The translations under genes and the position numbers were made by a program. Positions 18,407 to 29,439 of a stretch of 64,000 nucleotides of DNA are shown in pieces (within the stretch, counting starts at the first letter, position 1; each line of letters opens with the position of its first letter). The DNA comes from Gammaproteobacteria bacterium. GTDB taxonomy: Bacteria; Pseudomonadota; Gammaproteobacteria; UBA5335; SLRW01. The DNA lies in the NCBI GenBank assembly GCA_035638695.1, contig DASQZM010000043.1, positions 22,795-86,794 on the forward strand. Direction: 5' to 3'. The notes under the pieces are model-generated. The model was not told the DNA's origin and did no database searches. It saw nothing but the letters and a program-made list of their open reading frames with translations.

Positions 18407-20223
18407 TCCGGCGCCACCGCGAGACCGGGTTCGGCGCCGAGATCATGCCCGACCGCCAGGTGCGTTTCCGGCTCTGGGCGCCGGCGGCGGCGTCGGTCTG
18501 TGTGGTGTCGGACGGCAATCCGGAGCTGCCCATGGCCCCGCAGCGCGGGGGCTGGTTCGAACTCGTCACGGGCGTTCTGGGGCCCGGGGACTGCTATCGC
18601 TACCGCATCGACGGCGGCGCGGCCTGTCCGGATCCCGCTTCGCGCTACCAGCCGCAGGACGTACACGGACCCAGCGAGGTGATCGATCCCGCAGCCTTCG
18701 AATGGCGCGACGACGGCTGGCGCGGGCGGCTCTGGAGCGAGGCCGTGATCTACGAACTGCACCCGGGTACGTTCACGCCCGCTGGCGGCTTTGACGGCGT
18801 GCGCGGGCGCCTGGGCCATCTCTGCGACCTGGGCGTCACAGCTATCGAACTGATGCCGGTGGCGGACTTCCCCGGTCGCCGCAACTGGGGCTACGACGGC
18901 GTGCTGCCGTTTGCACCCGACAGCAGCTACGGGCGCCCGGAATCCCTCAAGCGTCTGGTGCAGGCGGCACACGGCCACGGCCTGATGGTCCTGCTCGACG
19001 TCGTCTACAACCACTTCGGCCCGGAAGGCAACTACCTGCACGGTTACGCCCCGCAGTTCTTCTCCCGGCGCCACCACACGCCCTGGGGCGCCGGGATCAA
19101 CTTCGACGGGGTCGATGCCGGCCCGGTGCGCGACTTCTTTGTCGAAAATGCCCTTTACTGGCTCGAGGAGTATCACCTCGACGGCCTACGCCTGGACGCC
19201 GTGGACACCATCGCGGATGACTCGCGCCCGGACATCCTGGACGCGATCGCCGCGGCCGTGCACGACGGACCGGCCCGTCGGCGGAGCGTCCACCTGGTGC
19301 TGGAGAATGACCGCAACGACCCACACCGCCTGGACCGGCCGAACGGCTACACGGCCCAGTGGAACGACGACCTGCACCACGTTCTGCATCTGCTGACGAC
19401 CGGCGAGCGCGAGGGCTACTACCGGGACTACGCGGACCGCCCCGCGGCGCACCTGGCGCGCTGCCTCACCGAGGGCTTCGCCTACCAGGGCGAGCCCTCG
19501 GCCTTCCGCGGCGGGCGACCGCGCGGCGCGCCCAGCGGCCACCTGCCGCCCGGCGCCTTCGTCGGCTTCCTGCAGAACCACGACCAGGTCGGCAACCGGG
19601 CGCTGGGCGAGCGCATCACGGCGCTGGCGCCCGCCGACGCGGTGCGCGCGGCGCTCACCATCCTGCTGCTCGCCCCCGCACCGCCACTGTTGTTCATGGG
19701 CCAGGAATGGGGCAGCAGGCGGCCGTTCCTGTTCTTCTGCGACTTCGAGCCCGCCCTGGCACGCAAGGTCGCGAACGGGCGGCGGGACGAGTTCGCGGAT
19801 TTCCCGGCGTTCGCCGGCCCCGGGGCACGCCGGCGCATCCCGAACCCCGGCGACCGGAACACCTTCACCCGCTGCGTGCTCGACTGGGGCGAGATCGCGC
19901 GCGACGGCCACGCGGCGTGGCTGTCCCTGCACCGTGAGCTTCTGGCACTGCGCCGGAACCTGCTGCCGGGCCTCGCCGGCGCCCGCGCCGAAAATGCAGG
20001 CGCCATCGGACCGGGAGCCGTGTGCATCACGTGGACCCTCCCTGACGGATCCCGGCTGACCCTCGCCGCAAACCTCCACGCCGCGCCCTCGGCGCCGCTG
20101 CCGCAGGCCCGCGGCGAGTTGCTGTTCACCGCCGGCGAGGCCCCGTCGCCGGCCGGGGACAGCTGGCGGCTGGCGCCCTGGAGCGCGCGCTGGTACCAGG
20201 ACCGGGGGGAGGCCCGCGGGTGA
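18403..20223 (+). CDS. treZ: Malto-oligosyltrehalose trehalohydrolase
   Basis: The GTG at 18403 overlaps the glgX stop (GTGA). [18 protein letters not shown]..., [39 protein letters not shown] and [11 protein letters not shown] motifs. An alternative ATG at 18445 would cut the conserved FGA. Confidence 0.9.
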
Positions 20224-23200
20224 ACGCGGAAGATTTGCTGGAGCGCCTGGCGCGCTGCCACGGCATCGAGCCGGCCTACCACGATATCTGGGGCAACCAG
20301 CACGCGACCAGCGCGGAGACCGCGCGCGCGCTGCTGCGCGCCATGGGGGTGCCGGCGGACGATCCGGCGGCGATGCGCGCCGCACTCGCGGTAGCCGGGG
20401 AGCGCCCGTGGCGCGAGGTGCTCGATCCGGTGCTGGTCACCTCCGCCGATGCGCCGCTGCACATCCGCCTGCATCTGCCCGCAACCGCGCCCGAATCGCC
20501 GGGTCGCTGGCGGCTGCTGCCCGAGGCGGGCGAGCCACGCGAAGGCACCCTGCGCCTCGACGAGCTCGCCGTGCTGGAGCGGCGCGAGATCGACGGCGTC
20601 GCCTGCGGCCGTTACGAGCTGGTGCTGGACGGCCTGCCAGCCGGATATCACCGGTTCGAGCTGGACGGCCAGCGGCCCGCCGGCATGCCGGTGATCGCCG
20701 TGCCGCCCCGCTGCTACCTCCCGCCTGTCCTGGAGCAGGGCGGGCGGCTGTGGGGCCCGGCGGTGCAACTCTATTCCCTGCGGTCCGCACGCAACTGGGG
20801 CATCGGCGACTTCACCGACCTCGACGACCTGGCCCGGCTGGCCGGCGACCTCGGCGCCGACATGCTGGGCCTGAGTCCGCTGCATGCGCTGTTCCCGCAC
20901 CAGCCCGAGCGCTGCAGCCCCTACCGGCCCTCCAGCCGGCTGTTCCGCAATGTTCTCTACCTCGACGCCGAGCGCCTCCCGGAGCTGGGCGAATGCCCGG
21001 AGGCCGCCGCCATGGTGCAGGATCCCGACTTCCAGGCGGAGCTGCAGGCACTGCGCGAGAGCGAGCTGGTCGACTACCCGGGGGTCGCGGCGGTCAAGCT
21101 GCCACTGCTGGAGCGCCTCCACCGGCACTTTCGCGAGCGGCACCTGGAACCGGACAGCGAGCGGGGCCGGGCGTTCCGGGAATTCCGGCGCTCCGGGGGC
21201 CGCGCGCTGCAGCGGCACGCCCTGTTCGAGGCGCTGCAGGAGCACTTCCTGGAGCAGGACCCGCCCGTACCCGATTGGCCGTCCTGGCCGGAGCGCTACC
21301 GGCGACCGGACACGCCGCAGGTCGCGGCGTTCGCCGCCAGCCGGGCCGGCCGCATCGAATTCCATGCCTGGCTGCAGTGGCTGGTGCGGGAGCAGCTCGA
21401 TGCCGCCGCGCGGCGGACGGGGGAAATGGCAGTCGGGCTGTACCAGGACCTCGCCGTGAGTGTCGACCCGGACGGGGCCGAAGCCTGGGCCAACCAGGAT
21501 CTCTACGCCATCACCGTCAGCATCGGCGCACCCCCGGACGACTTCAACCTGCGTGGGCAGGACTGGGGGCTGCCGCCGCCGATCCCGCAGCGCCTGCGCC
21601 GGGCGGCGTACGCGCCGTTCATCGCCACCCTCCGGCATAACATGCGCGACGCCGGCGCATTGCGCATCGATCACGTGATGGGGCTGATGCGGCTGTTCTG
21701 CGTGCCCCGCGAGGCCTCTCCCGAGCAAGGCGCCTATGTCGCCTATCCGCTGGACGATCTGCTCGGGATCCTGGCGCTGGAGAGTCAGCGCAATCGCTGC
21801 CTGGTCATCGGCGAAGACCTGGGCACGGTGCCCGACGCGCTGCGCCAGGCGCTGGCCAACCGCCGGATCCTGTCGTACCGGGTGCTGATGTTCGAGAAGA
21901 CCGGGCGCGGCTTTCGCGCGCCGGAGGAATACCCGCCGCAGGCGCTAGCCACGGCCGGCACCCACGACCTGCCGACCCTGTCCGGCTTCTGGGAGGGACG
22001 CGACCTGGTGCTGCGCACCGAGCATGCCCTGTTTCCGAGCGAGGCCCTGCGGGACGCGCAGCAGGCACAGCGGGAACGGGACCGGAGCGACCTGCTCCAC
22101 GCCCTGCAACGCGAGCGGCTGCTCCCGGAGGGAGTGGACACCGATCCCGCCGCGGTGCCGCGCATGACCGAGGCCCTGGCCGGTGCTTTGCAGCGCTATC
22201 TCGCCCGCAGCCCGGCGATGCTGATGGCGCTGCAGCTGGAAGACCTGTTCGGTCAGCGCGAGCAGATGAACCTTCCGGGGACGGTGGACGAGTACCCCAA
22301 CTGGCGGCGCAAGCTGTCCCTGGGACTGGAGCGCTACCCGGCGGACGGCCGGCTGCATCGGGTCGCCGACGCGCTCGCCGCCGAAGGGCGCAGCGGCGCG
22401 GGGGCGGGGCCCCGACAAGAACCCCGCCCGCAGGGCGACGACCCGGCCGTGGTCCCGCGGGCCAGCTACCGGCTGCAGCTCAACGCCGGGCTGACCTTCG
22501 CCGATGCGCGTGGCCTGGTGGGCTACCTGGACTCGCTCGGGATCAGCCACTGCTACGCCTCGCCCTGCCTGAAGGCGCGACCGGGCAGCAGCCATGGCTA
22601 CGACATCGTCGACCACTCGGCCCTGAACCCCGAGCTCGGTGCGCGGGACGAGTTCCAGGCCTGGACCGACGCCCTGCACGCTGCGGGCATGGGACTGATC
22701 CTGGACATCGTGCCCAACCACATGGGGGTGATGGGCGCCGACAACAGCTGGTGGCTGGACGTGCTGGAGCAGGGGCCGGCCTCTCGCTACGCGGACTTTT
22801 TCGACATCGACTGGCACCCGGTCAAGCCGGAGCTCCACGGCAAGGTGCTGGTTCCGGTACTCGGCGACCACTACGGGGTGGTGCTGGAAAGCGGCGCCCT
22901 GCGGCTGGAGCTGGACCCGGCCAAGGCCTCCTGGAGCGCCTTCTACCACGAGCACCGCTTCCCGCTGGACCCGGCGACCTGGCCACGGCTGCTGCGCAGC
23001 CAGCTCGGCCTGCTCGCCGACCGGCTCGGGGCTGACCACCCGGCGCCACCGGCGCTGGAGCGGCTGGCCGGCGACCTGGAGGAGCTGCCCGAACGAACCG
23101 ATCCCTCCCGGGAGCGCTGCGCGGCGCGGCTCCAGGCCTGCCGCGCCCACAAGCAGACCCTGGCGGCGCTGTGCCGGCAGCATCCCCAGGCCCGGGAGCA

Positions 23201-25319
23201 CCTGGAACGGACGGTGACCGGATTCTTCAACGGCCGCCCCGGGGACGCGGCGAGCTTCCAGCCGCTGCACGAGCTGCTCGAGGCACAGGCGTTCCGGCTC
23301 GCCCACTGGCAGGTAGCGGGCGACGAGATCAACTATCGCCGCTTCTTCGACGTCAACGAACTTGCCGGCCTGCGTACGGAGAACCTGCGCGTGTTCGAGG
23401 CAACCCACCGGCTGGTGCTGGCGCTGGTCTCCGAGGGCCGGGTCCAGGGCCTGCGGATCGACCATCCGGATGGCCTCTACCACCCGCAGCAGTATCTCCG
23501 GCGCCTGCGCGACAGGCTCAGCGCGGTGGCACCGCCCGGGCACCCGGAGCCGCCGGTATACCTGGCAGTGGAAAAGATCCTCGCCGCGGGCGAGTCCCTG
23601 CGCGACGACTGGCCGGTCCACGGCACCACCGGCTACGACTTCGCGGCGCTGGCGGGCGGCCTGCTGGTCGACCCCGCGGCGGGCGGGCGCCTGGAGCGCA
23701 TCTACAACTGGTTCACAGGCGCGCACCACGACTTCGACGAGATCCTGTACCGGTCGCGCCGGCATATCATGCGTGTCAGCCTCGCCAGCGAGCTGAACGT
23801 GCTGGCCAACGCGCTCAACCGGCTCTCCGAGTCGGACTGGAGGACCCGGGACTTCACCCTGGGTGGCTTGCGCTACGCCCTGTCCGAGATCCTCGCCTGC
23901 TTTCCGGTGTACCGCACCTACGTAACGGGCGAGGGTATCACCGATACCGATGCGCAATACGTGCGTCACGCCGCCGACCTCGCGCGCCGCCGCAACGCCG
24001 GCACCGACACCAGCGCAATCGATTTCGTCGAGGACCTGCTGCTGCTGCGTGCCGGACAGGCGGACGAGGCGCAGCGCTGGCGGGTGGCGGACTTCGCCAT
24101 GCGCGTCCAGCAGTACACCGCCGCGCTGATGGCCAAGGGCCTGGAGGACACCGCGCTGTATCGTTACCACCGCCTGGTGTCGCTGAACGAAGTGGGCGGT
24201 GATCCCTCCCGCTTCGGGGTCGACCCGGCCGCGTTCCACCGGCAGGTGTGGCTGCGTGCGCAGCGGTGGCCGCACCCGATGCTCGCCACGTCCACCCACG
24301 ACGCCAAGCGCAGCGAGGACGTGCGTGCGAGGATCGACGTGCTGTCCGAGCTTCCCGGGCAATGGCGTGCGGCGCTGGCGCGCTGGCGCCGCCTGCGCCG
24401 GCAGCTGGTCGCCGGCCCCGGTCCCGCGCGCGAGGACGAGTACCTGTTCTACCAGACGCTGGTCGGGACCTGGCCGCTGCACGAACTGGACGCCGACGGC
24501 TGGTCGAGCTACCGGGAGCGCCTGCGCGGCTATCTGCTCAAGGCCGCACGCGAGGCGAAGCGCCATACCTCCTGGATCCGCCTTGACGAGGAATACGAAA
24601 GGGCCCTGTGCGCGCTGGTCGACGGCCTGCTGGACCCTTCGGCCGGCGCCGCGTTCGTCGAGGACTTCGCCGCCTTCCACCGGCCGGTAGCGCTGCTGGG
24701 GGCGCTGAACAGCCTGTCCCAGTGCCTGCTGAAGCTGACCTGTCCTGGCGTCCCCGACCTCTACCAGGGCACCGAGCTGTGGGACTTCTCGCTGGTCGAT
24801 CCGGACAACCGGCGGCCGGTCGATTTCGACCGGCGCCGGCGCTGCCTCAAGTCTCTGCACGACATGGACCGGCTGGCGCCGCGAGCCCGCGGCGCGGCCG
24901 TCGCGGGGTTGCTTCGGCGGTGGCCCGACGGGCGCATCAAGATGCACCTGCTGCGCGAAGGGCTGCGCCTGCGGCGGCGCTTCCCCGCGCTGTTCCGCGA
25001 CGGCGACTACCTGCCACTGGAGCCGTCGGGATGCTGGGGGTCCCGGATCGTGGCGCATGCCCGCGGCCTTCCCGGCGGGCCCGCCTGTATCGCCGTCGCC
25101 CCGCGCCTCCTCACAGGACCCGCGGAAGGCGGACAGCGCATGCCGCTGGGCACGGTCTGGGGAGACACCGTCCTGGCCCTGCCCGAATGGCTGGCGGGGC
25201 GGTCCTATCGCGAGGCGCTTACCGGGATCCGGCTCGAGCGCCCGGGCGCCGGGGTGTCGCTTTCACACGTGCTGCAACACTTGCCGCTGGCGCTGCTGGT
25301 CGCGGAGGAGCTGGAATGA
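20220..25319 (+). CDS. malQ-treY: Fusion: 4-alpha-glucanotransferase (MalQ, GH77; aa 1-~720) + malto-oligosyltrehalose synthase (TreY; aa ~744-1699)
   Basis: Single uninterrupted 1699-codon frame. The N-terminal part has LYSLRSARNWGIGDFTDL, RIDHVMGL, GEDLGTVP and AGTHDLPT (GH77). A Gly/Pro/Gln-rich linker follows (SGAGAGPRQEPRPQGDDPA). Then come ASYRLQLNAGLTFADA...SHCYASP...SSHGYDIVDH and GLRIDHPDGL (TreY). The GTG start overlaps the treZ stop. Confidence 0.9.
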   Translation: MNAEDLLERLARCHGIEPAYHDIWGNQHATSAETARALLRAMGVPADDPAAMRAALAVAGERPWREVLDPVLVTSADAPLHIRLHLPATAPESPGRWRLLPEAGEPREGTLRLDELAVLERREIDGVACGRYELVLDGLPAGYHRFELDGQRPAGMPVIAVPPRCYLPPVLEQGGRLWGPAVQLYSLRSARNWGIGDFTDLDDLARLAGDLGADMLGLSPLHALFPHQPERCSPYRPSSRLFRNVLYLDAERLPELGECPEAAAMVQDPDFQAELQALRESELVDYPGVAAVKLPLLERLHRHFRERHLEPDSERGRAFREFRRSGGRALQRHALFEALQEHFLEQDPPVPDWPSWPERYRRPDTPQVAAFAASRAGRIEFHAWLQWLVREQLDAAARRTGEMAVGLYQDLAVSVDPDGAEAWANQDLYAITVSIGAPPDDFNLRGQDWGLPPPIPQRLRRAAYAPFIATLRHNMRDAGALRIDHVMGLMRLFCVPREASPEQGAYVAYPLDDLLGILALESQRNRCLVIGEDLGTVPDALRQALANRRILSYRVLMFEKTGRGFRAPEEYPPQALATAGTHDLPTLSGFWEGRDLVLRTEHALFPSEALRDAQQAQRERDRSDLLHALQRERLLPEGVDTDPAAVPRMTEALAGALQRYLARSPAMLMALQLEDLFGQREQMNLPGTVDEYPNWRRKLSLGLERYPADGRLHRVADALAAEGRSGAGAGPRQEPRPQGDDPAVVPRASYRLQLNAGLTFADARGLVGYLDSLGISHCYASPCLKARPGSSHGYDIVDHSALNPELGARDEFQAWTDALHAAGMGLILDIVPNHMGVMGADNSWWLDVLEQGPASRYADFFDIDWHPVKPELHGKVLVPVLGDHYGVVLESGALRLELDPAKASWSAFYHEHRFPLDPATWPRLLRSQLGLLADRLGADHPAPPALERLAGDLEELPERTDPSRERCAARLQACRAHKQTLAALCRQHPQAREHLERTVTGFFNGRPGDAASFQPLHELLEAQAFRLAHWQVAGDEINYRRFFDVNELAGLRTENLRVFEATHRLVLALVSEGRVQGLRIDHPDGLYHPQQYLRRLRDRLSAVAPPGHPEPPVYLAVEKILAAGESLRDDWPVHGTTGYDFAALAGGLLVDPAAGGRLERIYNWFTGAHHDFDEILYRSRRHIMRVSLASELNVLANALNRLSESDWRTRDFTLGGLRYALSEILACFPVYRTYVTGEGITDTDAQYVRHAADLARRRNAGTDTSAIDFVEDLLLLRAGQADEAQRWRVADFAMRVQQYTAALMAKGLEDTALYRYHRLVSLNEVGGDPSRFGVDPAAFHRQVWLRAQRWPHPMLATSTHDAKRSEDVRARIDVLSELPGQWRAALARWRRLRRQLVAGPGPAREDEYLFYQTLVGTWPLHELDADGWSSYRERLRGYLLKAAREAKRHTSWIRLDEEYERALCALVDGLLDPSAGAAFVEDFAAFHRPVALLGALNSLSQCLLKLTCPGVPDLYQGTELWDFSLVDPDNRRPVDFDRRRRCLKSLHDMDRLAPRARGAAVAGLLRRWPDGRIKMHLLREGLRLRRRFPALFRDGDYLPLEPSGCWGSRIVAHARGLPGGPACIAVAPRLLTGPAEGGQRMPLGTVWGDTVLALPEWLAGRSYREALTGIRLERPGAGVSLSHVLQHLPLALLVAEELE

Positions 25320-27034
25320 GCGTGCAGAACGCCGAGATTGCCCGCCTGTTCGCGCGTCTGGCAGATCTGCTGGAGATCGAGCAGCAGAACCCGTTCCGGG
25401 TCCGGGCCTACCGCAACGCCGCACGCGTGATCGGCGGCCTGTCGCATCCGGTAGCCGATCGCGTGGCCACCGGCGAGGACCTGACCGATCTGCCGGGGAT
25501 CGGGGAGGACCTGGCCGACCGCATCATCGGCATCGTCAAGACCGGCCGTTTTCCGCTGCTGGAGGAGGTCGAGCGGCGCACCCCCGGCACCCTGAGCGAC
25601 CTCATGAAGGTGCCGGGCCTGGGGCCGGCACGCGTGCGCACCCTCTACCGGGAGCTGGGCATCACCGGCCCGGAGGACCTGGAGCGCGCGCTGCGCACGG
25701 GCGCGGTGCGCGAGCTGTCAGGCTTCGGCGAGAAGACCGAGGCCGCGCTGCGGTCGGCGCTGGCGCGCACCCGGGCGGCCTCGGAGCGCACCCTGCTGGC
25801 CGAGGCGGAGACCCTGGCGCGACCGCTGAGCGAGTGGCTGGGCGGCTGCGAGGGCGTGCTCGAGGTCGCGGTCGCGGGCAGCTTCCGGCGGCGGCGGGAG
25901 ACGGTAGGCGACCTGGACATCCTGGTGACCTGTCGCCGCGGCGCGTCGGTGATGGACTGCTTCACGGCCTGGGAGGACGTGGGCGAGGTAATCTCGCGGG
26001 GCCGGACGCGCTCCACGGTAATGCTGCGCTCCGGCACGCAGGTGGACCTGCGGGTCGTGCCGCAGATCAGCTATGGGGCGGCCCTGCAGTACTTCACCGG
26101 CTCGCGCGCGCACAACATCCACGTCCGCCGCATCGCCGGCCAGCGCAAGCTCAAGATCAACGAGTACGGGGTCTTCCGCGGTCGCCGCCGGGTCGCCGGG
26201 CGGAACGAGGAAGAGGTGTATGCGGCCCTGGACCTGCCCTGGATCCCCCCGGAGCTGCGCGAGGACGCCGGCGAGATCGAGGCCGCGGCCCGCGGTGCCC
26301 TGCCGCGGCTGATCGAGCCGAGCGACCTGCGCGGTGACCTGCATTGCCACACCCGGGCCACCGACGGTCAGCAGAGCATCGGGGAAATGGCCCGCGCCGC
26401 CGCGGACCGCGGCCACGAGTACCTCGCCATCACGGATCACTCGCGTCGCGTGTCGATGGCCCACGGCCTGGACGCGGACGCGCTGCTGGCCGAGATCGAC
26501 GAGATCGACCGCATCGCCGAGACCCTGCCGGACATGCGGCTGCTCAAGGGCATCGAGCTGGACATCCTCGAGGACGGAAGCCTGGACCTGCCGGACCGGG
26601 TGCTGGACCGCCTGGACCTGACCGTGTGCGCCGTACACTACGGCCTGGGCCTGTCCCGGCGCCGGCAGACCGAGCGCATCCTGCGGGCCATGGACAATCC
26701 CCGCTGCACCATCCTGGCCCACCCGCGGGGGCGCCTGATCGGCGAGCGCGAGCCTTGCGAGCTGGACATGGAACGCATCATGCGTGGCGCCCGCGAGCGC
26801 GGCTGTATCCTGGAGGTCAACGCCCAGCCGCGGCGCCTGGACCTGTCCGACAGCGACTGCCGCATGGCCTGCGAGCTGGACGTGGCGCTGGCGATCAATA
26901 CCGACGCGCACTCGGCAGCCCAGCTGGACCTGCTTCGGTTCGGCGTGGACCAGGCCCGGCGCGGCTGGGTGGAGCCGGGGCGGGTGATCAACACCCTGCC
27001 GCTCGGCGAGCTGCTCGCCCGCCTGCGGCGCTGA
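25316..27034 (+). CDS. polX: Family X DNA polymerase with C-terminal PHP phosphoesterase domain (PolX)
   Basis: The ATG at 25316 overlaps the malQ-treY stop (ATGA). NAEIARLFARLADLLEI...NPFRVRAYRNAARVI (HhH), GSFRRRRETVGDLDILV (catalytic Asp pair), HCHTRATDG...LAITDHS (PHP). Confidence 0.9.
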   Translation: MSVQNAEIARLFARLADLLEIEQQNPFRVRAYRNAARVIGGLSHPVADRVATGEDLTDLPGIGEDLADRIIGIVKTGRFPLLEEVERRTPGTLSDLMKVPGLGPARVRTLYRELGITGPEDLERALRTGAVRELSGFGEKTEAALRSALARTRAASERTLLAEAETLARPLSEWLGGCEGVLEVAVAGSFRRRRETVGDLDILVTCRRGASVMDCFTAWEDVGEVISRGRTRSTVMLRSGTQVDLRVVPQISYGAALQYFTGSRAHNIHVRRIAGQRKLKINEYGVFRGRRRVAGRNEEEVYAALDLPWIPPELREDAGEIEAAARGALPRLIEPSDLRGDLHCHTRATDGQQSIGEMARAAADRGHEYLAITDHSRRVSMAHGLDADALLAEIDEIDRIAETLPDMRLLKGIELDILEDGSLDLPDRVLDRLDLTVCAVHYGLGLSRRRQTERILRAMDNPRCTILAHPRGRLIGEREPCELDMERIMRGARERGCILEVNAQPRRLDLSDSDCRMACELDVALAINTDAHSAAQLDLLRFGVDQARRGWVEPGRVINTLPLGELLARLRR

Positions 27035-27047
27035 CCGAGGGTCTCCA

Positions 27048-27833
27048 ATGCCCGAGCTTCCCGACGTTGAATGCTTCCGCCGCAGCCTGCGGAACCTGCG
27101 CGGCCGGCGCGTGCGCGCGGTGCGCGTAGAGGCGCCCGGGATGCTGGAGGGGCTGGGACCGGACCAGCTCGCGAGGGCCCTCGCGGGAAAGCGTTTCCGG
27201 GAGATCGGCCGGCGCGGAAAACACCTGCTGGCCGGGCTCGAAGGGGGCGGCGCCCTGACGCTGCAGTTCGGCATGTCGGGCCGGCCCGAGCTGCTCGAGC
27301 CGGGTCAGCCGGAGCCGCCCTACACGCGGCTGGCGATCGCCCTCGACCGCGGCGCACTGGCCGTGGCGGACCCGCGCAAGCTGGGTCACGTTGGGTTCGC
27401 CGTCGACCTCGACGAATGGCTGCGGCAGCGCGAGCTCGGCCCGGATGCGCTGGCGCTGCCCGCGGACGCCTTCGCCGCGCTGCTGCGCGGCTCGCGTGCC
27501 GGGCTCAAGTCTTTGCTGATGGACCAGCGCGCCCTCGCCGGGATCGGCAACGTCTACTCCGACGAGATCCTGTTCCAGGCCCGGATGCACCCGGCCCGCC
27601 GGGCGCGCGATCTGACCGGCGCCGAGGCCCGGCGGCTGTACCACTGCATACACGCGGTGCTGGAGACGGCGATCGATTCCGCTGCCGAGCCCGAACGGAT
27701 GCCGCCGGGCTACCTGATCCATTACCGGCGCAAGGATGCGCACTGCCCCCGCTGCGACACAGCCCTGGAGCGGCTCAGTTTTTCCGGGCGCCACGCCTGG
27801 ATCTGCCCGCGCTGTCAGCCGGAGCCCGGCTAA
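27048..27833 (+). CDS. Fpg/Nei-family DNA glycosylase/AP lyase (non-canonical, short variant)
   Basis: MPELPDVE N-terminus (catalytic Pro2/Glu3), H2[23 protein letters not shown]-terminal CPRC...CPRC zinc finger. Only 13 nt downstream of polX. Confidence 0.85.
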   Translation: MPELPDVECFRRSLRNLRGRRVRAVRVEAPGMLEGLGPDQLARALAGKRFREIGRRGKHLLAGLEGGGALTLQFGMSGRPELLEPGQPEPPYTRLAIALDRGALAVADPRKLGHVGFAVDLDEWLRQRELGPDALALPADAFAALLRGSRAGLKSLLMDQRALAGIGNVYSDEILFQARMHPARRARDLTGAEARRLYHCIHAVLETAIDSAAEPERMPPGYLIHYRRKDAHCPRCDTALERLSFSGRHAWICPRCQPEPG

Positions 27834-29194
27834 TAGGCGTATTCCCGGAAGACCGGGTCGATGTTCTCGCGCCAGCGACCGTGGAAAGCGTCCAGCAGCT
27901 CCTGCGCGGGACAGCGGCCGGACTGCGCGATGGTATCGAGCACGTCGAGGTAGGGGCTCTCGTCGACGTCGCGCACGCCGCGGCGGGCGCGACGGCGCAG
28001 CCCTTCGCGCGCCAGCGTGAGCACGTCGACCGCGACCTCCCGCAGGCTGCGGTCACGAAAGCGGGTTCCCAGCGCATCACGGGGAACCTCCCGCCGCAGG
28101 CGGGCGTGTTCTTCCGGGGTCCAGTCGCGGACGTAGTCCCAGGCTTGGTCCAGCACGGCGCTGTCGTAGGTCAGGCCGACCCACACCGCGGGCAGCGCGC
28201 ACAGCCGCCCCCAGGGGCCGCCGTCGGCGTCGCGCATCTCCAGGAAGCGCTTGAGCCGAACCTGCGGGAACAGCGTGGTCAGGTGATCCTCCCAGTCGCC
28301 CAGGGTCGGGCGCTCGCCGGGGAGGCCGGGCAGGCGCCCCGCCATGAAGTCGCGGAAGGACTGGCCGGCGACGTCGATGTAACGTCCTTCGCGATGGACG
28401 AAATACATCGGCACGTCCAGGGCGTAGTCGACGTAGCGCTCGAAGCCCATGCCGGACTCGAACACGAACGGCAGGATCCCGCAGCGGTCGGGGTCGGTGT
28501 CGGTCCAGACGTGGCTGCGTAAACTGAGGTAGCCGGACGGACGGCCCTCGACGAAGGGCGAGTTCGCGAACAGGGCGGTGATCACCGGCTGCAGTGCGAG
28601 AGCCACCCGGAACTTGCGCACCATGTCCGCCTCCGAGGCGAAGTCCAGGTTCACCTGCACGGTGCAGGTGCGCAGCATCATGTCCAGCCCCAGCGAGCCC
28701 ACCGTCGGCATGTAGGCGCGCATGATGGCGTAGCGGCCCTTGGGCATCCAGGGCACGTCGCTCCGGCGCCACTTCGGCTGGAAGCCGAGGCCGATCAGAC
28801 CCACGCCGAGCTCCTCGGCCACCGCCTTGACCTGTGCGAGATGCGTGTGCACCTCGTCGCAGGTCTGGTGGATGGTCTCCAGCGGCTTGCCCGACAGCTC
28901 CAGCTGCCCCCCCGGCTCCAGCGAGATGCTGCAGCCTTCGTGCGAGAGGGCGATGGTCTGCCCGTTCTCCAGCACCGGCTTCCAGCCGTAACGCCGCAGA
29001 CCCTCGAGAAACGCGCCGATCCCGTCCGGGCCCTCGTAGGGAACCGGGCGCAGGTCCGAGAGCCGGTACACGAACTTCTCGTGCTCGGTGCCAATGCGCC
29101 ACTGTTCTGGCGGCTTGCAGCCGGATTCCAGGTAGGCCACGAGCTGGCGCCTGTCGGTGACCGGTTCGCGATTGGCGGGGGATGCGCCGGACAT
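27830..29194 (-). CDS. gshA: Glutamate-cysteine ligase, plant/alphaproteobacterial GCS2 type
   Basis: 454 aa: [24 protein letters not shown]...; full-length resemblance to the GSH1-type enzyme. Confidence 0.88.
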   Translation of the reverse strand: MSGASPANREPVTDRRQLVAYLESGCKPPEQWRIGTEHEKFVYRLSDLRPVPYEGPDGIGAFLEGLRRYGWKPVLENGQTIALSHEGCSISLEPGGQLELSGKPLETIHQTCDEVHTHLAQVKAVAEELGVGLIGLGFQPKWRRSDVPWMPKGRYAIMRAYMPTVGSLGLDMMLRTCTVQVNLDFASEADMVRKFRVALALQPVITALFANSPFVEGRPSGYLSLRSHVWTDTDPDRCGILPFVFESGMGFERYVDYALDVPMYFVHREGRYIDVAGQSFRDFMAGRLPGLPGERPTLGDWEDHLTTLFPQVRLKRFLEMRDADGGPWGRLCALPAVWVGLTYDSAVLDQAWDYVRDWTPEEHARLRREVPRDALGTRFRDRSLREVAVDVLTLAREGLRRRARRGVRDVDESPYLDVLDTIAQSGRCPAQELLDAFHGRWRENIDPVFREYAY

Positions 29195-29439
29195 GCGAGA
29201 TGACTCCGTTGGCTCCGCGGGCCACCGTCACCACGGCGAACCCGCACCGTCACGGCATGGTGTCAGGGAAGCGGTCGTGGCTCAATCCGGCCGCAGGAGC
29301 CGGTGGTTTGACCTGCATCATCACCGGCAGCGGCGAGCGCTGCCAGACTGGATCCGGATGGCGGCGTACGCCGCCGTGATCAGGAACCCGGCGACAGCCG
29401 GGTTAGTAAACATACCCTCAATCGCGCCGGAACGGAATC

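Noticed and set aside
19482-25058. 748-aa (19482..21728) and 1037-aa (21945..25058) minus-strand ORFs
   Set aside because: Both are antisense to treZ and malQ-treY, which carry clear GH13/GH77/TreY motifs. The translations are featureless and stop-free only because of GC bias.
29308-29321. FNR-like sequence TTGACCTGCATCAT between gshA and the Lon-like gene
   Set aside because: It matches 8/10, but no acceptable -10 hexamer lies at the -41.5-compatible position on either strand (CAGACT on plus, TTGAGC on minus). It was treated as a chance match.
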